This document shows, in pieces, positions 16,945-25,032 of a stretch of 64,000 nt of DNA. The DNA is from an uncultured Gemmatimonadales bacterium. GTDB lineage: Bacteria > Gemmatimonadota > Gemmatimonadetes > Gemmatimonadales > Gemmatimonadaceae. The position numbers and the translations under genes are program-made. Position 1 is the stretch's first letter; every line of letters starts with the position of its first letter. Location: assembly GCA_963850905.1 (NCBI GenBank), contig CAWKMU010000003.1, forward strand, positions 2,656,001-2,720,000, in the 5' to 3' direction. The notes beneath the pieces are model-generated. The model did not search any database, was not told the origin of the DNA, and was given only the letters and a program-made list of their open reading frames with translations.

Positions 16945-17074
16945 GTAGGGGCGACGCAATGCGTCGCCCGCGGTTGCCCGAACCGTGCACGGTGCCGTGC
17001 GTTCGCGTTCGGGGCGCCCACGAGCCATAGGTCCTGCGGCGGCACCGCAGGGCGACGCATTGCGTCGCCCCTAC
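16945..17074. repeat. Inverted pair of GTAG REP elements (REPIN/BIME-like)
   Basis: GTAGGGGCGACGCAATGCGTCGCCC at 16945-16969 and its exact reverse complement at 17050-17074, between convergent genes. Confidence 0.85.
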
Positions 17075-17159
17075 CAGCCGATCAACCGGTCCCTTGCGGT
17101 CAGCGGTGGTTGGTGCCGTTCCCTAGCTCCTCACCCTACCCCTGATCCCGCCGTGCGCC

Positions 17160-17612
17160 CTAAACGCCTTTCTCCGCCAACAGCGCCATGAACTGCGACG
17201 GCTCCTTCAGCTCCAGCAGTCGCTGCGGAACATCCTGCTCCTTGCTGAACTGCGCGATTTTGCCGAGCACCGGGAGATACTGATTGGAGACCTCGAGCGG
17301 AGGGGCGACGATCAAGAAGAAGAAGTACACCGGCTTCTCGTCGATCGCTTTGAAGTCGATCCCGTCGGGTTTGCGTCCAAACGCCACGCGCAACTTGTTC
17401 ACCACGAGGGAGCGACAGTGCGGGATCGCGATGCCTCGACCAATACCGGTCGAGCCCAGGTTCTCGCGTCGCTTCAGCATCTTGAAGAGCATCCCGTCCG
17501 ACTTGTCGTCCAACTTCAGCAGGCCAATGAGTTCCCGCAGGATGTCGTCTTTGGTCGTGCCTTCGAGATTCAGCTTGACGGCGTCTTCTGAAAAGAACTC
17601 GCGTAGCTCCAT
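17160..17612 (-). CDS. PTS EIIA-type (PtsN/fructose-mannitol family) protein
   Basis: RRENLGSTGIGRGIAIPHCR phospho-His motif. Confidence 0.9.
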   Translation of the reverse strand: MELREFFSEDAVKLNLEGTTKDDILRELIGLLKLDDKSDGMLFKMLKRRENLGSTGIGRGIAIPHCRSLVVNKLRVAFGRKPDGIDFKAIDEKPVYFFFLIVAPPLEVSNQYLPVLGKIAQFSKEQDVPQRLLELKEPSQFMALLAEKGV

Positions 17613-17747
17613 GCAGCCTCGCGGAGGTCGTGTAGGGCCTGCGTAGCGGCGTCGAGGTCGACGCGACCGCGAAAGCTATGAAGGGCTGCAAGTTGTGTCA
17701 AATCTTTACGTTGCACGCTTTTCCGGCGGCCGTTAAGATTGAGCCAT

Positions 17748-18758
17748 ATGCCGTTCCCGTACCCCGTTGGGTCGCGCATCCCGCTGTTCCTGGCCCCCAT
17801 GGCTGGGGTGTCGGAGTCACCGTTCCGCCGCCTCTGCCGCAGCTTTGGCGCGGACGTGGTCGTGACCGAATTCCTGTCGGCCGAGGGCATCCGCCGGGAG
17901 AACGACGCGACCCTGTCCAAGCTTCGGTTCGGTACGGATGAACGTCCCATCGGCGTGCAGATCTTCGGCGCCGATCCGCAGGGCATGGGCGAGGCCGCGG
18001 CCATCGTGACGGACGTGTTTGCCCCCGAGTTCATCGACATCAACTTCGGGTGCCCCGTCAAGAAGGTCGTCAAGCGAAATGGCGGGTCGGGGTGCCTCAA
18101 GGATCTCGACCTCGTCGAATCGGTCATCCGCACGGTCGTCTCGCACACGCACCTCCCCGTGACAGTCAAGATTCGGAGCGGGTGGAGTGAGGAGATGCGT
18201 GATCCGGTGTCGATCGCGCGTCGCTGCGAGGACGCTGGCGCTCGCGCGTTGACGTTGCATCCGCGTACGCGCGCGCAGATGTACTCCGGCGATGCGCGCT
18301 GGGACGAGATCGCCGCCGTCGTTGATGCGCTCGAGATTCCTGTGATTGGCAACGGCGATATCAAGACGCCCCAGGACGCGGCGCGCATGCAAGCGGAGAC
18401 CGGATGCGCCGGCGTCATGGTGGCGCGCGGCTCGTTTGGCCAGCCGTGGATCTTTACCCAGGCACGTGCGCTGCTGGATGGTCTGCCAGTGCCGCCAACC
18501 CCGCCCGTGGCCGAGCGTTTCGCAGTGGCCCTGCGCCACGCCGCGATGGCAGCCAGCTACGAGCCCGACCCGCGTGGGGCGGCGATCGAATTCCGCAAGC
18601 ACCTCGGCTGGTACGTGAAAGGACTGCCCGGGTCCGCCGACTTGCGGCGCCGGCTTCACGCCGTCGAGTCGCTCGGTGAAGTCGAAGGCTTGTTCGCGGA
18701 TTATCTGGCGCATGTCGACGAATACGCCGAGGCAGACGCGGTCCTGAGCGCGACGTGA
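17748..18758 (+). CDS. dusB: tRNA-dihydrouridine synthase B
   Basis: LAPMAGVS, DINFGCP, VTVKIRSG, IGNGDI, MVARG. Confidence 0.92.
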   Translation: MPFPYPVGSRIPLFLAPMAGVSESPFRRLCRSFGADVVVTEFLSAEGIRRENDATLSKLRFGTDERPIGVQIFGADPQGMGEAAAIVTDVFAPEFIDINFGCPVKKVVKRNGGSGCLKDLDLVESVIRTVVSHTHLPVTVKIRSGWSEEMRDPVSIARRCEDAGARALTLHPRTRAQMYSGDARWDEIAAVVDALEIPVIGNGDIKTPQDAARMQAETGCAGVMVARGSFGQPWIFTQARALLDGLPVPPTPPVAERFAVALRHAAMAASYEPDPRGAAIEFRKHLGWYVKGLPGSADLRRRLHAVESLGEVEGLFADYLAHVDEYAEADAVLSAT

Positions 18759-19528
18759 TTCGCGAGCGCGCGCTCGCACTGCTACGGCAGGTCGCCTCTG
18801 GTGAGCTGCCACCGGAGCGCGCGCTGGCGTCGTTTGCGACCGAGCCAGTCGAAGCCTTGGGCTTCGCCACCGTCGATCACCACCGCGCGCTTCGGCAGGG
18901 CTATCCCGAGGTCATCTTCGCACCGGGCAAGACGCCCGCCCAGGCGGTCGAGATCGCAACCGTCCTGGCTGAGCGGGGTGAAGGGTTTCTCGTGACACGG
19001 GCGGACTCGGCGTGCCGTGCGGCGTTGGCCGCGCGGTTCCCGGCGGTGGACGTCAATGAGGTGGCCGGGACCGTCCATCTTGCGCCGCAGCACCCGCTCC
19101 CCATCGCGGGGCAGATCCTGGTCGTGACCGCAGGCACGAGTGACGCGTCGGTGGCCGAAGAGGCGGTAGTGACCGCGCGCGCACTCGGAAACAGCGTTAC
19201 TCGAGCGACCGACGTGGGCGTTGCGGGGCTCCACCGGATCGTCGCGCACCAGGAAGCGATGACGGAAGCCGATGTGATCATCGTGGTCGCCGGGATGGAC
19301 GGCGCGCTTCCCTCGGTCGTTGGCGGGCTCGTCGCGGTTCCCGTCATCGCCGTGCCTACGAGCGTTGGCTATGGCGCGAGCTTCGGCGGGGTGGCTGCTT
19401 TACTCGCCATGCTCAACAGTTGCGCCTCCGGAGTAACGGTCGTCAACATCGACAACGGGTTTGGGGCCGCGGTGGCCGCATCCCGGATCACTCACGCGCA
19501 TCTCCAATCACCCTCCTCGCCGTTGTAG
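18755..19528 (+). CDS. larB: LarB, PurE-like nickel-pincer cofactor biosynthesis protein
   Basis: VDHHRALRQGYPEVIF, AGTSD, DVGVAGLHR, AGMDGALPSVV, PTSVGYG, VVNIDNGFGA. Confidence 0.88.
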   Translation: MIRERALALLRQVASGELPPERALASFATEPVEALGFATVDHHRALRQGYPEVIFAPGKTPAQAVEIATVLAERGEGFLVTRADSACRAALAARFPAVDVNEVAGTVHLAPQHPLPIAGQILVVTAGTSDASVAEEAVVTARALGNSVTRATDVGVAGLHRIVAHQEAMTEADVIIVVAGMDGALPSVVGGLVAVPVIAVPTSVGYGASFGGVAALLAMLNSCASGVTVVNIDNGFGAAVAASRITHAHLQSPSSPL

Positions 19529-21340
19529 CGATCGCAGCCGCCGCCTGTGCCGTAGTGGCGGCAGGGACCGCCTTCTGGCTGGCCCACAAGCTTCATCACA
19601 GCCGCGACCGGCTCGCGCGCGCTGAGCGCAAGAACGAAGGACTGAACAGCTTCGTCACGGAGCGGCGTCGAACGCCGGCGCGATCCCAGCCACCCATCGC
19701 CGCGGCGCGCCTGTCCACGCGCGTCACGGTTCGCGAGCAGGCCGCCTCGCCGCGCCCCGAGCTCACGCGTCCAGAGGAACTGCGGGGCTCGCTGCTGACC
19801 GACTATCTGACCGAGTTGCGGGAGCGGCTCGGGTCGGACGAGGTCATTCTGTGGCGGACGCGCCCCGACGGCCGGCTCATTCCCGCCGCGTGGTCGAGCC
19901 GCGTCTCCGGCGGACTCACGGCGAGCGAGCTGGGTCCTGGCACTGCGGAGAAGGTGCCACCGTGCTTCAGCTTCGATGCCTGGATGCCGCGGGTTGAGTG
20001 GGCTGCCACGCAGCACCTCTTTCAGCTCGAGCGCCGCGGCCCGGATGGGAAGATCTGGGACAACGAACGCTTGGGCGACGGCGCCGTTCTGGCACTGGCC
20101 GTGGCACCGATCGACGACGAGGTGCGGGGATATGCCGCCCTCAGTGCGTCGGCGACTCGGCGGTCTCAAGGCTGCCGAGGAGCAGGCCCGTGACTGGCTG
20201 ACGCGGTCGGCCGGCTACGCCGCGGAACTCGCCGACCTGATTCACACGCAGCGTCAGTCGGAGCGCCAGGTGCGCCAGGCGAACGTGCTGGTAAACTCGG
20301 CCAAGCTCTTTCAGGCAAAGCGGTCGGTGGAAGGCCTCGCCGAAAGTGTCTGTGCAGACGCGATTCAGATCACGGGCGGCGCCCGCGCGACGCTTGTGAA
20401 ATGGGACGTCGGGGCGCAATCGGGGTTCGTGCAGAGCGCCTCATCGGGGCATTCCGTCGAGCCGGGGCAGCAGGTCCTGGCCCAATCGCGGGTCGGCGAG
20501 ATGCTGACCGAGGACCAGGCGCAGGCCTGGGAGGATGCGCGCACGCTCGACCGGTCGGTCCCGATCTACGCGCCGGGAGAGACGCTCGCGTCGCCCGGCT
20601 CGCTGCTCGTCGTCCCGATGAAACAGGAAGGCCGCGTCGTCGGCGCTATCGTGGTCGAGGGCAACGAGCCATACGACATCATGGCTCGTGACGTCGGCAC
20701 CGTCCGCATGCTCGCCGCCATCGCCTCGGCCTCCCTCGATCAGTTGTGGCACATGGAGCGCGCCCAGCGCGCGTCGATCACCGATCAGCTGACTGGCCTC
20801 TACAACCGGCGCCATTTCGATCAGCAACTGCTGCTCATGTTGAGCCGTGCCGATCAGCGCAATGAGCCGCTCTCCCTCATCGTGGCCGACGTCGACCACT
20901 TCAAGCGTGTCAACGACACCTTCGGGCACGAGGCGGGGGATGCGGTGCTCCAAGCTGTCGCGGCCACCGTGCTGCGTCAGGTCCGCAACGGCGCGGAGGC
21001 CGATCTCTGTGCGCGCTACGGTGGCGAAGAAGTGGCGATCCTGTTGCCGGGATTGCCGGCACACGAGGCGGTGGAAGTCGCCGAACGGCTTCGGCGAACG
21101 CTGGCGGCAAAGCCGGTCGCGTATGCCGGTCAACGCATTGCGATTACCGCGTCCTTTGGCGTGGCCTGCTACCCGGAGACCGTGGCCGCGCACGCCGCGT
21201 TCTTCCCTGCGGCGGATCGCGCGTTGTACCAGGCCAAAGCCGGCGGGAGAAACTGCGTGAAGTCTGCCGGTGGAAGTGATGTCGACGCAGGAGCTTACGA
21301 TATCTCACGTCGAGCAAAGACTGGATCAGGCCGGGGTTGA
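19500..21340 (+). CDS. Membrane-anchored GAF-GGDEF diguanylate cyclase (frameshift near 20160; start uncertain)
   Basis: N-terminal hydrophobic stretch, GAF-like region, TDQLTGLYNRR, DVDHFKRVNDTFGH, ARYGGEE. Confidence 0.82.
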
Positions 21341-21364
21341 CCCGTGCCGGCCGGGGGCTAGCTT
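21337..21364 (+). promoter_or_regulatory. Putative sigma70 promoter of ssrA
   Basis: TTGACC-16 bp-TAGCTT, 13 bp upstream of the mature 5' end. Confidence 0.55.
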
Positions 21365-21377
21365 TCGTCTGGTAATT

Positions 21378-21732
21378 GGGGGCGAACTAGGCTCGACATG
21401 TGTTGTGACGTCTGTGCGGCGTGCCCAGGTGCTCGAGACCCTGGTTAAACACTCGGGAAAACCACAAAAGCCAACAACAACCTGGCTCTGGCTGCGTAAC
21501 TTCGGTTGCGTGCCTTGCCGCTGAGAAAGCCCGCCCGGGGCGGTCACAGCGGTATCGGAAATCTGGGCTAGCTCGATGTCGCGTTCTCCGGCAGCGAGCG
21601 AAACTTTAGAGAGCTTGTTCAGTCGTGGGTTGCTCACTGACCAGCGGCTGGAGACCTCAACTGGTGAGCTACGCACGTAGTCGCATTGGCAGATCGACGG
21701 CATGGACCGGGGGGCAGTACCCCGCGCCTCCA
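21378..21732 (+). ncRNA. ssrA: tmRNA, one-piece; tag ANNNLALAA
   Basis: 5' GGGGGCG pairs with 3' CGCCTCC-A, giving the G3.U70 alanine identity. Tag ORF GCCAACAACAACCTGGCTCTGGCTGCGTAA at 21470-21499. T-arm CGGGG-GGCAGTA-CCCCG. CCA not encoded. Confidence 0.95.
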
Positions 21733-21749
21733 TCGGCGTTGCACGCCGA

Positions 21750-21905
21750 TAGAGAGTAGAAACGCAGAAAGTAGAAAGTAGGGGAGCCGGTCCTCGTTAG
21801 GGGTCGGCTCCTCGCCCTTTTCAGCGTCTGGAGCCTGCGCTCGGCGCCGCCGTCGAGGTTTGTAGCCGACGTCTACTTTCTACTTTCTGTAGGTCTACTC
21901 TCTAG
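21750..21905. repeat. Inverted pair of the AGAAAGT-type intergenic repeat flanking a terminator
   Basis: TAGAGAGTAGAAACGCAGAAAGTAGAAAGTAG versus CTACTTTCTACTTTCTGTAGGTCTACTCTCTAG. Confidence 0.7.
21781..21822 (+). terminator. Putative intrinsic terminator after ssrA
   Basis: GGGGAGCCGGTCCT...GGGGTCGGCTCCTC hairpin followed by CCCTTTT. Confidence 0.55.
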
Positions 21906-22001
21906 CCGCGCCCCCGGGCGCGGCTCGGCGTCTCCTTTCTCCTTTCCCCTCTCTCCTTTCCACCGCGTGGCGCAACCGCCACGCGGTTCGTCTACTAAGT
22001 C

Positions 22002-23933
22002 GTGAAGAGTTGGAGTATCGCGACACGCGTCGCAGCGGCCGTGGCGATCATCGTCGTGCTCGGGCTCGGGGCGTCCGGCGTGCTGGCCTGGCGCGCAACC
22101 GACCGCCGCATACTGGCGCTGGAACTCCGCGAAGCACAGGACCGAGTCGCCGTCAACGTGGCCACGGCGCGCGCGCTGTTCGACGTCCAATTCCCCGGCC
22201 CGTGGCGACTCCTCCCCGCCGGCCCGCGCGACAGCGCCGTCGACATGTACAACGCGAACATGCGGCTGGAGGCGTATCGCCTCCGGACGGTGCTGGGCAG
22301 TCACCTGTACAAGGGATCGGTCCCGATCCTGGATAACCCCGACGTCGAGCGTGGGTTGCTGGAGATCGGCCGCCTGACCGGGACGGAGCTCACGATCGCC
22401 CAGCGGATCGGCCCGTTGGCATCGTCCGATCCGACGGTGGGCGCGCTACCAATGGGGCGCGCGCTCCGGCTTGCGACGACGGTGACCCGGATCAACGCGG
22501 AGGGCGATTCGATCCGGGTGACCCGCACGATCATGCCGATGCGCGATGTCGAAACCGGAGTGCGGATCGCCGCCGGCATGGTCATTGGGTCGAGTGCGAC
22601 CTATGACGGACGTGCGCTCGAGGCGGGCGCCGATCGCTGGACCCGGTACGAACCGATCACCGGATCGGACGGCGCCGTCATCGGGATCTTCTATGGAGGC
22701 ATCCCATTCGCTCCGTTCGAGAACCAGGCGCACGCTGCGTCGGCGGAAGTGGCGCGATGGATCGGAGTCTCCGGACTGCTGGTGGCCACGATTGCCTGTG
22801 TCTTGCTGTTTCATCTCATTCGCCGTTTCCTCCTTCCGGTGCGCACGATCCGCGATGCCGCGCTGCGCATTGCCGCAGGACAGTTGAATGCCCGGAGCTC
22901 GATCGGCGGAGCCGGTGAGATCGCTGACCTGGGACAAGCGTTCGACGGGATGGCCGCACAGCTGCAAGCGGTGAACGAGCGCGTCGTGACGGCGACCGAG
23001 CAACTCACGGCTTCGAGCCGCCAGGTCGACACGGCGGTGGCAGCGGCGGCGACCGCGACGCAACAGGTGGCGCGGTCGATTGGCGAGGTCTCGCACGGTG
23101 CGGCGGAGTCAGCGAGTCGCGTGGATGAAGCGACCAAGCAATCGCACCACGCGATGGCTCACGTTCAGGCGATCGACGCCGAGGTAGCCCGGGCACTGGG
23201 CGAGGCACGATCGGCGGAGGCGCTGGCGTCGGAGGGACACGCGCAGGTCTCGCGCAGCCTGGCCGTGAGCGAAGGTGTGCGCACCGCTGTCGGGCGGGCG
23301 CGGCACGTCATGGGTGAGCTCGACCAGCAGGCTGGCCAGATCGAGACCATCGTCGCGATGATCAAGCGGATCGCGTCTCAGACCAATCTGCTCGCGCTCA
23401 ACGCGGCGATTGAAGCGGCTCGCGCCGGGGACGCCGGCCGTGGGTTTGCGGTCGTCGCTGGCGAGGTGCGCGCCCTTGCCGATGAGGTCAGGAAGTCATC
23501 GGAGAACATCGGGGCGATCGTCCTGGAAACCAAGACACGCACGGCCGGCGCTGCGACCTTGATGGGCGAGGTCGAGGTGGAGACGCAGGCCGGCGCCGAC
23601 GCGGCGCGCTTGAGCGATGCGGCCTTCCGGAGCATCAGCACGGCGATCGAGCACCTGAGTGCGCAGATCACTGCGATCAAGGCGGCGGCCGACGCGGTGG
23701 CAATAGCGATGGGTCAGGTCGACGGTGCGATCGCGGGTGTGGCCGCTATTGCGCAGCAAAGCGCCGCGACCAGCCAGGAAGTCTCGGCGCTCGCGCAAGA
23801 GCAGAGTGCCACGTTCGCAGAGATCACGCACGAGATCCACGATGTCTCCAAGATGGCGGAGGAGCTGCGCACCGTCGTGGTCGGCGCCGCCGCTCGCGAG
23901 GGCTATAGCGTGCCCCGGGGGCGCGCGGCGTAG
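22002..23933 (+). CDS. Methyl-accepting chemotaxis protein (periplasmic Cache-like sensor, HAMP, signalling domain)
   Basis: Two TM segments, a HAMP linker and [34 protein letters not shown]. Confidence 0.93.
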   Translation: MKSWSIATRVAAAVAIIVVLGLGASGVLAWRATDRRILALELREAQDRVAVNVATARALFDVQFPGPWRLLPAGPRDSAVDMYNANMRLEAYRLRTVLGSHLYKGSVPILDNPDVERGLLEIGRLTGTELTIAQRIGPLASSDPTVGALPMGRALRLATTVTRINAEGDSIRVTRTIMPMRDVETGVRIAAGMVIGSSATYDGRALEAGADRWTRYEPITGSDGAVIGIFYGGIPFAPFENQAHAASAEVARWIGVSGLLVATIACVLLFHLIRRFLLPVRTIRDAALRIAAGQLNARSSIGGAGEIADLGQAFDGMAAQLQAVNERVVTATEQLTASSRQVDTAVAAAATATQQVARSIGEVSHGAAESASRVDEATKQSHHAMAHVQAIDAEVARALGEARSAEALASEGHAQVSRSLAVSEGVRTAVGRARHVMGELDQQAGQIETIVAMIKRIASQTNLLALNAAIEAARAGDAGRGFAVVAGEVRALADEVRKSSENIGAIVLETKTRTAGAATLMGEVEVETQAGADAARLSDAAFRSISTAIEHLSAQITAIKAAADAVAIAMGQVDGAIAGVAAIAQQSAATSQEVSALAQEQSATFAEITHEIHDVSKMAEELRTVVVGAAAREGYSVPRGRAA

Positions 23934-23936
23934 CAC

Positions 23937-23965
23937 TTGCCACACCTGTGCCTCGGGGCTAGCTT
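23937..23965 (+). promoter_or_regulatory. Putative sigma70 promoter of tRNA-fMet
   Basis: TTGCCA-17 bp-TAGCTT. Confidence 0.55.
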
Positions 23966-23976
23966 AGCCCATCTGG

Positions 23977-24050
<74 letters not shown>

Positions 24051-24074
24051 CTGGTGCAGGAATAGCATGTGACA

Positions 24075-24107
24075 GCGGCCGGCCCCAAGGGGCCGGCCGC
24101 GTGTTTA
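24075..24107 (+). terminator. Hairpin terminator after tRNA-fMet
   Basis: GCGGCCGGCCCC-AA-GGGGCCGGCCGC perfect inverted repeat followed by GTGTTT. Confidence 0.6.
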
Positions 24108-24217
24108 TGTGGGCTTAGACGCTGGACGCTGGAGAACAAATCTCGGAGTCCAGCTACATGCACGAGGGCCGTCCCAGAGGTTGTCTTCCAGCGCCAACGT
24201 CCAGCGTCCAGCGTCCC

Positions 24218-24910
24218 ATGAGCGCATCCGATAATTTCCGCATCCCAGTGATCGGCGCCGAGGACGTGTCGGCAGTTGTTGAACATCCGAGCGACGCGCG
24301 CTGCATGCTGGTGTTGGCGCACGGCGCGGGGGCGGGGATGCGGCACCCCTTTCTCGAGACGCTGGTCCGGGAGTTGGCGGCCGCGCGCGTTGCCACGCTC
24401 CGCTATCAGTTCCCGTACATGGAGCAGCGGCGGCGCGTGCCGGATCCGCCGAGCGTGCTCACCGCAACCGTCGGTGCCGCCGTGCGCGAGGCGCTGGGCA
24501 TCGCGCACGGTCTCCCGGTCTTCGCGGGAGGCAAGTCAATGGGCGGCCGGATGACGTCGCTCGCTGCGTCGGAGGGGTGGACGCCCGGCCTGCAGGGGCT
24601 CGCGTTCTTTGGCTTCCCGCTGCACCCGCCCAACCGACCCGGCACGCAACGCGCCGATCACCTCACGCGCGTGCACTTGCCGATGCTATTCCTGCAGGGC
24701 ACGCGCGATCAATTCGCGGAGCTCGAGTTGCTGCAACCCATCTGCGAGGGACTCGGCCCGCTCGTGACGCTCCATATCATCGATGACGCCGACCACTCGT
24801 TCCACGTTCCAAAGCGATCGGGCAAGACGGATCTCGAGGTGCTCCGGGAATTGGTCGACACGTTTGTGAAATGGACGGGGTCCCTTGAGCCCGGCGGCTC
24901 GAGCCGTTGA
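24218..24910 (+). CDS. Alpha/beta hydrolase (KANL3/Tex30-like)
   Basis: HGAGAGM, GGKSMGGR nucleophile elbow, QGTRD, ADHSF. Confidence 0.85.
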   Translation: MSASDNFRIPVIGAEDVSAVVEHPSDARCMLVLAHGAGAGMRHPFLETLVRELAAARVATLRYQFPYMEQRRRVPDPPSVLTATVGAAVREALGIAHGLPVFAGGKSMGGRMTSLAASEGWTPGLQGLAFFGFPLHPPNRPGTQRADHLTRVHLPMLFLQGTRDQFAELELLQPICEGLGPLVTLHIIDDADHSFHVPKRSGKTDLEVLRELVDTFVKWTGSLEPGGSSR

Positions 24911-25032
24911 GTCTCCTTGCTGCCTTCACGCCGCTCGCTGCACGCGCCGCGTTAGCGTCCGTCAGGGCAATTGCGAAGCGGCGCCGGACGTCGCGAACTT
25001 TAAGGTGACCTCGACGAGCCGGAGCGCAGCGG

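Noticed and set aside
21270..21733. Short ORFs on both strands in the ORF track
   Set aside because: They overlap the tmRNA gene and are spurious.
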